From NCBI GenBank assembly GCA_965261475.1, contig OZ253454.1:1378001-1442000 (forward strand): a DNA stretch of 64,000 nt, written 5' to 3'. A model generated the notes under the pieces. The model did not search any database. It had not been told where the DNA came from and saw only the letters and a program-made list of their open reading frames with translations. A program made the translations under genes and the position numbers. The stretch is from a bacterium (lineage in GTDB: Bacteria > SAR324 > XYD2-FULL-50-16 > G965216635). This document shows positions 9,725 through 20,643 of this stretch, piece by piece. Each line of letters starts with the position of its first letter. Position 1 is the first letter of the stretch.

Positions 9725-11488
9725 ATGGATAAGAGTTTTGTTTTTATAAAAATTAAAGTTCTGATTTTCTTCTGTGCTCTTGCTCTGAGTGCTTGCGCAA
9801 AAGGAAGTAAGACATCTACGAATATAAACAATTGTAGTGCTACAAATTCCCTACTTACCTTTGATAATAATACCTCTGATGAGATTCTAAACCCTAAGAG
9901 CAATCCTTTGTATGCTCAGCAGTGGCATCTAAAAAATACAGGTCAAAAAGCTTTTGCAGAAAATCCAGGAACAGCAGGTGTAGATTTACGCTTGGACGGA
10001 GTATTGCAAACCGGCAGAGGTGTGGTAGTCAATGTTGTAGATACTGGACTAGAAATTTGCCACGAGGATCTAAGGAATAACATTGCACCAGGCTCTGTAA
10101 ATTTTCTCGATAATAGCAATGATCCAACAAATATCAAAGATACAACTGGCGATCACGGCACTAGTGTTGCAGGCTTGATAGCAGCAGCAGCAAATAATGT
10201 AGGAGGTCTAGGAGTAGCGCCTGATGCGAGTTTGATAGCCCACAATTTTTTAGCTGCTCAAAGTTCTGCTAATTTTATAACTTCTATACTAGCAAATGCA
10301 GATATAGTAAACCAAAGTTTTGGTAGAGATAATACAGATGATTTTAGACCAGAAGACTCTGTTATAACAGCTTACAAAGAGGGAGTGACCAACAAAAGAA
10401 ATCGTAAAGGAATTGTTTATCTAAAATCTGCTGGCAATGGCTTTCAAAAAGAAGAAGAGAACCCTTACTGCATAGCAGAACTGACCTGTCATAATGCAAA
10501 TATGGACCCTGTGCACACTTACCCTTATAACATTATCATAGCTGCTATCAACGCCCAGGGAGAAAGGGCTTCTTATTCTACTGCGGGCGCTGCTATTTTA
10601 CTCAGTGGATTTGGTGGGGAAGATGGCGAAAACTACCCCGCTATGATTACTACAGATCAAAGCGGCTGCCATCAAGGCTACTCAAGGACAATTCAAAGAC
10701 GAAATCAATTGTATACCAATAGTAGAATTCCTATTTCACTAGATGTAAATTGTAACTATACTAGTACTTTTAACGGTACCTCCTCAGCTGCACCAGTGGT
10801 TGCTGGCGTAGTAGCTTTGATGTTGGAGACAAACCCCGAGTTAACTTGGCGAGATGTTAGACATATTTTAATCAAGACCGCTCGTAAGATAGACCCTACT
10901 AGGGATGCTTTGTATTACCGTGATATAACAACGCAAAACATACCTAATCTCAACGATGCTACCGTAGAACTAGGTTGGACAACAAACAAAGCAGGTTTAG
11001 AGTTTCATAATTGGTATGGTTTTGGTTTAGTAGATGCGAGCAATGCTATTAAAATGGCTAGGGGTTATAGTGCTGATTTAGGTAATTTTCAAGAGCGCAC
11101 AACTGATTTTTTATCTGTTAATAGCATTATCCCAGACGCCAGCACAAAAGGTATAACAAGTAAAATTGAATTTAGATACTCTGTAAGAAGCATTGAGTCT
11201 GTACAAATTGATATCAAAATTACTCATAAGTTTACAGCAGATTTAGGAATTTTTCTAGAATCACCACAAGGTACAACAAGTTTACTATTAAATTTTGCCA
11301 ATGCTTTTGCAGACACAGATAATTTAAATATGCTACTAGCAAGTCAAGCATTTTACGGCGAACAATCTAGTGGAACTTGGAAACTAAAAGTTATAGATTA
11401 CGTAGACAAAGACATTGGCACTTTGGATAAATGGAACTTAAAAATTTATGGGCACTACCAGAAACTACCTCAGCAGATAGTACCTTAA
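9725..11488 (+). CDS. Subtilisin/kexin-like serine protease (S8) lipoprotein with C-terminal proprotein-convertase P-domain
   Basis: 587 aa. Lipoprotein signal with lipobox (ALALSAC). Catalytic triad motifs DTGLE (Asp), HGTSVAGLIAA (His), GTSSAAPVVAGVVALM (Ser). C-terminal roughly 130 aa resembles the P/homo-B domain. Confidence 0.7.
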   Translation: MDKSFVFIKIKVLIFFCALALSACAKGSKTSTNINNCSATNSLLTFDNNTSDEILNPKSNPLYAQQWHLKNTGQKAFAENPGTAGVDLRLDGVLQTGRGVVVNVVDTGLEICHEDLRNNIAPGSVNFLDNSNDPTNIKDTTGDHGTSVAGLIAAAANNVGGLGVAPDASLIAHNFLAAQSSANFITSILANADIVNQSFGRDNTDDFRPEDSVITAYKEGVTNKRNRKGIVYLKSAGNGFQKEEENPYCIAELTCHNANMDPVHTYPYNIIIAAINAQGERASYSTAGAAILLSGFGGEDGENYPAMITTDQSGCHQGYSRTIQRRNQLYTNSRIPISLDVNCNYTSTFNGTSSAAPVVAGVVALMLETNPELTWRDVRHILIKTARKIDPTRDALYYRDITTQNIPNLNDATVELGWTTNKAGLEFHNWYGFGLVDASNAIKMARGYSADLGNFQERTTDFLSVNSIIPDASTKGITSKIEFRYSVRSIESVQIDIKITHKFTADLGIFLESPQGTTSLLLNFANAFADTDNLNMLLASQAFYGEQSSGTWKLKVIDYVDKDIGTLDKWNLKIYGHYQKLPQQIVP

Positions 11489-11551
11489 TAACACTGCTCA
11501 AGCAAAAAAATTATAAAGGTATTATTTCTAGTACAACGAAAAACCTACACT

Positions 11552-11581
11552 TTGACATTTTGTTTTTTCCTATGCTATGCT
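11552..11581 (+). promoter_or_regulatory. Candidate sigma70-type promoter for nuoLMN (TTGACA-N18-TATGCT)
   Basis: TTGACA at 11552-11557 and TATGCT at 11576-11581, about 30 bp upstream of the nuoL start; -10 is weak and the spacer is 18 nt. Confidence 0.2.
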
Positions 11582-11609
11582 CTAATTAAATTTGTAGTTT
11601 CTACTGTTC

Positions 11610-13517
11610 ATGTTGCTTTTTGCTATCTTATCTCCTCTTGTAGGTTTTTTTTTGCTCTTCTTACTCGGCAAAAATTTATCTTTTATACAACAGGGTTATT
11701 TAGCCTGTTGTAGTGTTTTTTTTTCTTTCCTTGCTTTTTGTTACCTTTTTTTTAATTTCTCTCTTACCAAGACACCTATTAACTACAATCTATTTACTTG
11801 GTTGGAATTAAGAGGATTGAGCGTTTCTTTTGGATTCTTATTGGATAACTTAAGTTTTGTAATGGTACTAATTATTACAGGAATAGGCTTACTTATTCAT
11901 TTTTATTCCATTGGATATATGAAAAACGAAGAAAGCTCTTATCGTTATTTTAGTTTTCTTAATCTATTTATTTTTTTTATGCTTTTGTTAGTCATAGCTA
12001 ATAATTTAGTATTGCTGTTTCTAGGTTGGGAAGGAGTAGGCTTATGTTCCTACCTGCTAATAGGGTTTTATTTAGAAAAAAAAACAGCTAGCAAAGCTGC
12101 CAAAAAAGCCTTTATAGTCAATCGTATTGGAGATTTTTGTTTTGTGATAGCCCTCATGCTAGTTTTTTTTATGTTTGGATCCTTTGATTTTTGGACCATA
12201 CAAACAGAATTTAACAAAACTACTTTTGAGCAAGAATTAATTTTACTAACTACTTTGATGTTATTTTTAAGCGCTACAGGAAAATCTGCGCAAATACCAC
12301 TGCATATTTGGCTACCAGATGCTATGGAAGGACCAACTCCCGTATCAGCTCTTATTCACGCAGCAACTATGGTAACAGCAGGTATCTATCTCATAGCTAG
12401 ATTGCATTTTCTTTTTATTGCTGCAGAAACTACACTTTTTCTTATGCTAATCATAGGCTCTTTGACAGCTTTGTTAGGTGCAGCAGTAGCTATAGTACAA
12501 ACAGACCTAAAAAAAATTCTTGCCTATTCTACTATTAGTCAATTAGGTTATATGTTTATGGCTTTGGGAGTAGGAGCCTTTTCAACTGCTATTTTTCATT
12601 TATTAACTCACGCTTTTTTCAAAGCTCTGTTATTTTTAAGTGCAGGAGCTTTGATTTATGCCTTGTACCACGAACAAGATATTCGTAATATGGGTAGGCT
12701 AAAATCAAAAATGCCTTTGATTTGGAGTGCTTTTGCCGTAGGCAGTTGGTGCTTAACAGGATTACCTTTAGCTGCTGGTTTTTTTAGCAAGGATGAAATT
12801 TTATTTTCGGTGTTTCTAGGATCTATGCGTTTTCCACTCTTTTTTGTTATAGGTATTTTTACCAGTCTCCTCTCAGCTATTTATACCTACCGTATGATGA
12901 ATTTAGTTTTTTACTCTAATGAGAGAAAAACACACAAAATCAAAAAAATACCTAAAACTATGCAAGCAGTGTTACAAATTTTGATTTTAGGCTCTGTGAG
13001 TGTAGGGTTTTTAGGAGTTCCCCATTTCTTAGAAAAAATCCATTTACAAAATATATTTGCTCATTATTTCCACTCATTTTTTACCGAAAAAGCCTTGCCT
13101 ACAACAGATGTTGCCTTTCTCTCAACAAACCTCAGTCCTCTAATGAAAGAATTTTTTGTTTTAGGATTGTCAGTCTTTGTCTCAGGTTTAGGAATGCTAT
13201 GGATGTATTACAAATACTGCCACAAAGACTGGAAAATAGCTCAACGAACGAATTACATACACTATATTTTACAAAAAAAATTCTTTATTGAAGAATTCTA
13301 TTATGGAATCATCATACTTCCCTTAAAAACAATCTCTCAAAATATCTTCTTAAGATGGGGTGAGCAAAAATTTATGAGATGGAACTTACAAATTTTTAGC
13401 CAATCGGCTCTATTTGTTGGCTCTTTGCTAAGTTCTTGGCACAACGGCAAACTCTTTCGCTATACACTAACAATGCTGTTTGGAATTGTAGCAATAGTAT
13501 ATTTTTTTATTTTTTAA
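11610..13517 (+). CDS. nuoL: NADH-quinone oxidoreductase subunit L
   Basis: 635 aa polytopic membrane protein; strong match to the NuoL/ND5 core (LGWEGVGLCSYLLIGFY, HAATMVTAGIYL). Confidence 0.85.
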   Translation: MLLFAILSPLVGFFLLFLLGKNLSFIQQGYLACCSVFFSFLAFCYLFFNFSLTKTPINYNLFTWLELRGLSVSFGFLLDNLSFVMVLIITGIGLLIHFYSIGYMKNEESSYRYFSFLNLFIFFMLLLVIANNLVLLFLGWEGVGLCSYLLIGFYLEKKTASKAAKKAFIVNRIGDFCFVIALMLVFFMFGSFDFWTIQTEFNKTTFEQELILLTTLMLFLSATGKSAQIPLHIWLPDAMEGPTPVSALIHAATMVTAGIYLIARLHFLFIAAETTLFLMLIIGSLTALLGAAVAIVQTDLKKILAYSTISQLGYMFMALGVGAFSTAIFHLLTHAFFKALLFLSAGALIYALYHEQDIRNMGRLKSKMPLIWSAFAVGSWCLTGLPLAAGFFSKDEILFSVFLGSMRFPLFFVIGIFTSLLSAIYTYRMMNLVFYSNERKTHKIKKIPKTMQAVLQILILGSVSVGFLGVPHFLEKIHLQNIFAHYFHSFFTEKALPTTDVAFLSTNLSPLMKEFFVLGLSVFVSGLGMLWMYYKYCHKDWKIAQRTNYIHYILQKKFFIEEFYYGIIILPLKTISQNIFLRWGEQKFMRWNLQIFSQSALFVGSLLSSWHNGKLFRYTLTMLFGIVAIVYFFIF

Positions 13518-13518
13518 A

Positions 13519-15000
13519 ATGGACCTATTAAGTCTGATTTTATTTCTACCTGTAATAGGAGCATTATTCTTAAGTTGCATACCTCAAAATAAAACCTATC
13601 CCCTTAAAATTGTTGGTTTGATATTTCAAATATCAACTTTTTGTATCGGATTTTATGTACTATATTTATTCCAAAATTTGGAAAATAGCCCTCAATTTGC
13701 GGTTAAATATAATTGGATTTCTTATTTTGGTGTTTTTTATGCCTTAAAACTAGATGGCTTAAGCTTTGTGTTAATTGCGATTACGCTGATTTTATTTCCT
13801 CTAGTCAGTTTAGGTTGTTGGAGTGTGACTCTAAAACAAGAAAAATGGCTATGGATCAATATTTTAATTTTAGAAACCGGTCTACTTGGAGTTTTTCTCT
13901 CTGCAGATATATTTTTATTTTATTTTTTTTGGGAGACTGTGCTCATTCCTATGTATTTTATTATTGTCCTTTGGGGAGAAGCCAAAAGAGTAAAAGCAGC
14001 TATAGAATTTTTTATTTATACTATGGCGTCCTCTTTTTTTATGTTGTTTGCTATTTTTTTACTAGCAATTATTTCATACTACCAACTAGGAGTAGCAAGT
14101 TTTGATTTAGAAATATGGAAAACATTACAACTTGGCACACTAGAGCCTTACTTTTTTTGGGCTTTTTTTATTCCTTTTGCAGTCAAAATTCCTCTGTTTC
14201 CATTTCATTCTTGGATGCCTGCTGTATACAAAAATGCACCTTGGATAGGCACTATATTTTTATCAGCCCTACTCTCTAAGATGGGTATCTATGGACTGCT
14301 TCGTATTGTCATTCCTCTTTTTCCATTATCCGTACAAAATTACAGTTCTTTAATTTTAACCCTCTCCTTAATTAGTATTTTATACTGTGCTACAGTTGCT
14401 ATAGTGCAAAAAGATTTAAAAATGGTTATTGCTTATTCTTCGGTATCACATTTGGGTATGATTGTTCTTGGAATTTTTGCTTTACATCTTTTTACTTGGA
14501 GCGGGGCGATTTTACAAATCATTAATCACTCCGTTACCACAGCTGCGATATTTTTACTGTTGGGGTTACTAGGCTATCATTTTAAATCCACAAAAATAGG
14601 AGATTTTTACGGATTAGCAAAAACTACTCCTAAACTTTGTGTTTTCTTTTTTATATTCACCCTTTCTGCTATTGGGTTTCCTAGCACAGGTAGCTTTGTA
14701 GGAGAGCTCTTTATCTTTTTAGGAAGTTTTCAAACTGTATTATATTTTGCAATTTTTGCTGCTTTAGGTGTTATTCTTTCTGCGGTTTATATGCTAAGAA
14801 TCAACCAAAAAATATTCTTTGGTGCCACACACAAGCAAATCTTTGCTACAAAAAAAGATTTAAACCTGCGAGAAATTTTAGCTCTACTACCTTTAATAGT
14901 AATTATTTTTTGGATAGGAATTTACCCTAAATTCTTGCTAAGTAATTTTGAAATTTATGTTCAACAAAATTTGAGCAATTTATTAATACGATTTTTATAA
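13519..15000 (+). CDS. nuoM: NADH-quinone oxidoreductase subunit M
   Basis: 493 aa, antiporter-like membrane subunit, starts 2 bp after nuoL; NuoM/ND4-like motifs (FFWETVLIPMY, HSWMP). Confidence 0.85.
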   Translation: MDLLSLILFLPVIGALFLSCIPQNKTYPLKIVGLIFQISTFCIGFYVLYLFQNLENSPQFAVKYNWISYFGVFYALKLDGLSFVLIAITLILFPLVSLGCWSVTLKQEKWLWINILILETGLLGVFLSADIFLFYFFWETVLIPMYFIIVLWGEAKRVKAAIEFFIYTMASSFFMLFAIFLLAIISYYQLGVASFDLEIWKTLQLGTLEPYFFWAFFIPFAVKIPLFPFHSWMPAVYKNAPWIGTIFLSALLSKMGIYGLLRIVIPLFPLSVQNYSSLILTLSLISILYCATVAIVQKDLKMVIAYSSVSHLGMIVLGIFALHLFTWSGAILQIINHSVTTAAIFLLLGLLGYHFKSTKIGDFYGLAKTTPKLCVFFFIFTLSAIGFPSTGSFVGELFIFLGSFQTVLYFAIFAALGVILSAVYMLRINQKIFFGATHKQIFATKKDLNLREILALLPLIVIIFWIGIYPKFLLSNFEIYVQQNLSNLLIRFL

Positions 15001-15002
15001 AA

Positions 15003-16448
15003 ATGCCTCTATTATCTTTTAATTTAATTGCAGCAGAAATTTGGTTATTAGCTATAGGATTTGTCATTCTAATCGTAGACATGTTTTTTGCACCTAATAA
15101 AAAATGGATTCATTGTTTGAGTGTTGCGTCTATGTTAGTTGCAATAGTTTGGTTAATTGCTAATTTTTTTTTAGAAACACAAGGTTTTTATGGATTTTTA
15201 GCTACTAATACTTGGAATAATTCTTTGAAGATTTTACTAATTATTGCTACAGCTATTTGTGTCTTACTCAGTCCTCCTGTACTAGAACAAAACAAAATAC
15301 ACAGCTCTGAATTTTATTTTTTATTGCATGTAGTACTAGTTAGTATGTTATTTTTAACGGATAGCTTGCACCTATTTTTTATCTATATCTGTTTAGAAAC
15401 AGCTTCCATAACTTCCTTTATACTTTGTAGCTTAAATACAAACAACAAACTTGCTGTCGAGGGAGGGATGAAATACTTTTTACTCAATGCTTTTGCTTCT
15501 GCTATTTTACTCTACGGAATTACTCTACTATTTGGAGCAACAGGAAGTTTTAATTTATTACAAATACATAGTAGTTTCCTTGCTGCCAACTCCGTTGATA
15601 GCATAGCTATACTAGGTATTTTATTTTTGGTAGTAGGCTTTGGATTTAAAATTGCTCTAGTTCCCTTTCATATGTGGACTCCAGATATTTATGCTAGTTC
15701 TGCTTTAACGATCACTGCTTTTTTTTCTACTCCTATGAAAATAGCCTTTATTGCTATCTTTGTAAAAATATGTATAGTAGCTTTGATTACCTATTTTCAA
15801 CTTTTAGAATGGATGTTAGGTATTCTCTTAGTGCTTACCTTGATAGTAGCTAACCTACTTGCCCTAGTGCAAAAAGATATAAAAAGAATACTAGCTTATT
15901 CCTCTATTTCGCATGCGGGTTTTTTGATACTAGGAATTTTGAATATTCCAACAGGAGGCATAACCTCTTTATATTTTTATTTTATTACCTATATTTTTGC
16001 ATCGTTGGGAGTATTTGCTTGTCTAATTTATCTCACAGGAAAAAAAGAAGTTATTTGTTTAGATGACTTAACGGGATTAGGCTCCAAGCATCCTCTAGTT
16101 TCTAGTATTTTTATTTTTTTTCTCTTTAGTCTTGCAGGTTTGCCTATTACGGGTGGATTTATTGCCAAACTAATCTTGTTTTACAACGCACTACAAGCCG
16201 GCTATTTAGGAATAGTTATTATTGGCTTGCTAGCTAGCATAATTTCTACAGGCTACTATCTCAAATTAGGAATACAACTTTTCTCTCCGTCTATGACAAA
16301 AATTAATTCTGCTCAAGAAATCAATATTCGCTCTCAGTTTGTCTTGTGTTGTTGTGTAATTGTCTTGCTTGTTTTGGGTATTTTCCCTTCTGTCTTAGAT
16401 TGGAATATCGAGCTTATTCAAGGAAAATTACTCTTTTCTTTTTTATAA
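15003..16448 (+). CDS. nuoN: NADH-quinone oxidoreductase subunit N
   Basis: 481 aa membrane protein 2 bp after nuoM; NuoN/ND2-like (FKIALVPFHMWTPD). Confidence 0.8.
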   Translation: MPLLSFNLIAAEIWLLAIGFVILIVDMFFAPNKKWIHCLSVASMLVAIVWLIANFFLETQGFYGFLATNTWNNSLKILLIIATAICVLLSPPVLEQNKIHSSEFYFLLHVVLVSMLFLTDSLHLFFIYICLETASITSFILCSLNTNNKLAVEGGMKYFLLNAFASAILLYGITLLFGATGSFNLLQIHSSFLAANSVDSIAILGILFLVVGFGFKIALVPFHMWTPDIYASSALTITAFFSTPMKIAFIAIFVKICIVALITYFQLLEWMLGILLVLTLIVANLLALVQKDIKRILAYSSISHAGFLILGILNIPTGGITSLYFYFITYIFASLGVFACLIYLTGKKEVICLDDLTGLGSKHPLVSSIFIFFLFSLAGLPITGGFIAKLILFYNALQAGYLGIVIIGLLASIISTGYYLKLGIQLFSPSMTKINSAQEINIRSQFVLCCCVIVLLVLGIFPSVLDWNIELIQGKLLFSFL

Positions 16449-16464
16449 TTTTACTAGATTTTAG

Positions 16465-16495
16465 ATAAATTTACTATTGACAATAGTAAATTTAT
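16465..16495. promoter_or_regulatory. Perfect 31-bp palindrome (15-1-15) ATAAATTTACTATTGACAATAGTAAATTTAT; candidate operator overlapping the groESL promoter
   Basis: Read directly: arms 16465-16479 and 16481-16495 are exact reverse complements around a central A at 16480. Confidence 0.55.
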
Positions 16496-16505
16496 TGTGT
16501 AGAAT
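16477..16505 (+). promoter_or_regulatory. sigma70-type promoter of groES-groEL (TTGACA-N17-TAGAAT)
   Basis: Consensus -35 TTGACA at 16477-16482, 17-nt spacer, -10 TAGAAT at 16500-16505, about 70 bp upstream of the groES ATG. Confidence 0.5.
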
Positions 16506-16575
16506 TTATATGTGAAACTGTGTTATTTCTTATAACCTGTTTCTTTTTTCAAATCTTAATTATTACATTAAAACT

Positions 16576-16860
16576 ATGATTAAACCATTACAAGATAGAG
16601 TAATTGTAAAACGTAAAGACGCTGAGACAAAAACTGACAGCGGTATTATCATTCCAGACACAGCAAAAGAGCAGCCTCAAGAAGGTGTTGTATTTGCAGT
16701 AGGTGAAGGAAAAAAAAAAGACGATGGAAGTCGTATTACTCCAGATATTAAAAAAGGAGATAATATTCTTTTTGGCAAATATGCTGGAACAGAAGTTAAA
16801 ATCAATGGTGAAGACTATTTGATAATGCGAGAAGACGACATTGTCGGAGTTGTTGCATAA
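16576..16860 (+). CDS. groES: Co-chaperonin GroES (Hsp10)
   Basis: 94 aa; [13 protein letters not shown]...[17 protein letters not shown]...[29 protein letters not shown] is canonical GroES. Confidence 0.9.
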   Translation: MIKPLQDRVIVKRKDAETKTDSGIIIPDTAKEQPQEGVVFAVGEGKKKDDGSRITPDIKKGDNILFGKYAGTEVKINGEDYLIMREDDIVGVVA

Positions 16861-16868
16861 AAATTTAA

Positions 16869-18560
<1,692 letters not shown>

Positions 18561-18585
18561 TCATACCCTTGTAAAAACAGTACCT

Positions 18586-18620
18586 AAGGAGATAAGTCGT
18601 CTTATCTCCTTATTTTTATA
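18586..18620 (+). terminator. Rho-independent terminator downstream of groEL
   Basis: 11-bp perfect stem (AAGGAGATAAG / CTTATCTCCTT) with 4-nt loop TCGT at 18597-18600, followed by TATTTTTAT. Confidence 0.6.
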
Positions 18621-18631
18621 TCATTTTCAGT

Positions 18632-19501
18632 ATGTCTAATTTACTAGATACTATTGAACTCTCGCAAAGAACACAACTTATTGCTGAGATCCAGCATATT
18701 ATTCAAAAATTATACAACGAAGTTATTGTTATAAAATACGGTGGCTCAACTTTAGAAGTTAAAAGTTTTGAGCATACCGTATTAGACGATATTTGTATCT
18801 TACAAAAATCAGGAATTAAACCAATTATTATTCATGGTGGAGGTCCAAGCATTACCAAAGAGTTAAAGCTGCGTGGTCTTAAATCGCAGTTTGTGAACGG
18901 GCATAGAGTTACTAATAAAGAAACCCTTTCTGTGGTAGAAATGGTATTATCTGGAAAAGTCAATAAGAATATTGTAGAAAAACTGAACAGCTACGGGATC
19001 GCTGCGGTAGGAATTAGCGGCAAAGATGGAAAAATTTTAATCGCAAAAAAAAAACTAGTAGATAATCAAGACATAGGTTACGTAGGAGAAATTACAAAAA
19101 TCAATATACAAATGATAGAATTCTTGCTCAATAATAATTATGTGCCTGTAATTTCTCCTATAGCAACTGGAGAAAATAATGTTACTTATAGTATCAATGC
19201 AGATAGCGTAGCAGCTGCTATTGCTATTAGCACGGGCGCTAAAAAAGTATTATTTTTAACAGATGTCAAAGGAATTATGAAAGATGAAAAATTAATTCCA
19301 TACCTTGCAAAAGATGAAGCCTATAAGTTAATTAAAGAAGGTGTAATTAAAGGGGGGATGATTCCGAAAATAGAATCTATGCTAGAATGCTTTAAAGGGA
19401 GCGTAGATCAGATCTACATAGTAGATGGTAGAAAAAAACACCCTATCATCGGCGAATTATTTAGCAGTGTAGGGTTAGGGACCTTGGTAACTCGCGACTA
19501 A
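18632..19501 (+). CDS. argB: Acetylglutamate kinase
   Basis: 289 aa amino-acid kinase fold: VIKYGGS...IIIHGGGPSI, a C-terminal glycine-rich segment. Confidence 0.8.
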   Translation: MSNLLDTIELSQRTQLIAEIQHIIQKLYNEVIVIKYGGSTLEVKSFEHTVLDDICILQKSGIKPIIIHGGGPSITKELKLRGLKSQFVNGHRVTNKETLSVVEMVLSGKVNKNIVEKLNSYGIAAVGISGKDGKILIAKKKLVDNQDIGYVGEITKINIQMIEFLLNNNYVPVISPIATGENNVTYSINADSVAAAIAISTGAKKVLFLTDVKGIMKDEKLIPYLAKDEAYKLIKEGVIKGGMIPKIESMLECFKGSVDQIYIVDGRKKHPIIGELFSSVGLGTLVTRD

Positions 19502-19585
19502 TAAAAATTAGTAAAAAAATTAATAATAATTTCAAAATCAATAAATTAGTTTGTGTTATAATGCTTAAATTTACTAGGTAAAATA

Positions 19586-20641
19586 ATGTTAAAAAATACT
19601 CTTATAGAGTTATTGTCTATTCCATCAGAAACTAACTCAGAAAAAAAAATTAGCCTTTTTTTACAAAAAAAATTACAAAATTTTCAAAAATTTAAATTAA
19701 TTAAAAAAAATTTTACCCTGTGTTATTTTTCTCAAAATTTTGATACTGCTAGGTCTAGCATCGCTTTTTATGGACATCTAGACACAGTCAAAAATCAACA
19801 AACCATAGCAGTGCAAGAAAAAAATGGTTTTCTCTACGGTTGTGGAGCAAGCGACATGAAAGCTGGAGTAGCCACTATGGTAGAGCTGATGAAAATCATA
19901 GAGCAAACAAAAACCTTGCCTTATAACTACCAGTTTATTTTTTATACAGGAGAAGAAGGTAGCTATCATAAAAGCGGTTTAGAAGGTATCTTTGGGGAGA
20001 TACCAAAATTAAAAGTAGCAACGATGGCATTTGTATTAGAGCCGACAAATAATAATATTCAAACTGGTTGTCTAGGCTCTATACGTGCACAAGTCAGCAT
20101 ACTAGGAAAATGTGGACATAGTGCTCGCCCTTGGTTAGGAGAAAATGCTATTCATAAAAGTTGGAAATTTTTAAAATTTTTAAAAGAAACAAAACCTCAA
20201 ACAGTCACTTTGCATTCTTTGGATTTTTACGAAATACTATCAGCAACTATGGTAGAAGGTGGAACTTTACCTAATGTCATACCAGACAAAATAAAATTTA
20301 TAATCAACTATCGCTATGCTCCAAATAAAACAAAACAAAAAGCTCAGACAATGCTAACGCAAATTTTAAAAAATAAAGTTGATGACATAGATATTTTAGA
20401 AAATGCTCCATCAGGTAAAGTAGTAGATAACGCAATGTTAAAACAAATTGCTAAAGCATTTGCTTTAAATATAGAGCCAAAACAAGCGTGGACAGATATA
20501 GCACGACTAGGGCTAGTTGGTATTGATGCTGTAAATTTAGGCTCAGGCAATCCTAATGAAGCACATCAAAAAGATGAAAAAGTTAGCGTTACTCAGTTAC
20601 ACCAAGGATTACAAATTTATAAATACATTGTTCTAGGTTAA
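19586..20641 (+). CDS. M20-family metallopeptidase (ArgE/DapE-like deacylase)
   Basis: 351 aa with M20 metal-binding segments (HLDTV, GASDMKAG, TGEEG). Cannot distinguish acetylornithine deacetylase from succinyl-DAP desuccinylase by eye; sits between argB and the 7TM-HD gene. Confidence 0.5.
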   Translation: MLKNTLIELLSIPSETNSEKKISLFLQKKLQNFQKFKLIKKNFTLCYFSQNFDTARSSIAFYGHLDTVKNQQTIAVQEKNGFLYGCGASDMKAGVATMVELMKIIEQTKTLPYNYQFIFYTGEEGSYHKSGLEGIFGEIPKLKVATMAFVLEPTNNNIQTGCLGSIRAQVSILGKCGHSARPWLGENAIHKSWKFLKFLKETKPQTVTLHSLDFYEILSATMVEGGTLPNVIPDKIKFIINYRYAPNKTKQKAQTMLTQILKNKVDDIDILENAPSGKVVDNAMLKQIAKAFALNIEPKQAWTDIARLGLVGIDAVNLGSGNPNEAHQKDEKVSVTQLHQGLQIYKYIVLG

Positions 20642-20643
20642 AA

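Noticed and set aside
13713-14105. 130-aa ORF nested in an alternative frame inside nuoM
   Set aside because: It overlaps a well-supported gene on the same strand in a different frame and has Cys/Phe-rich composition typical of off-frame translation.
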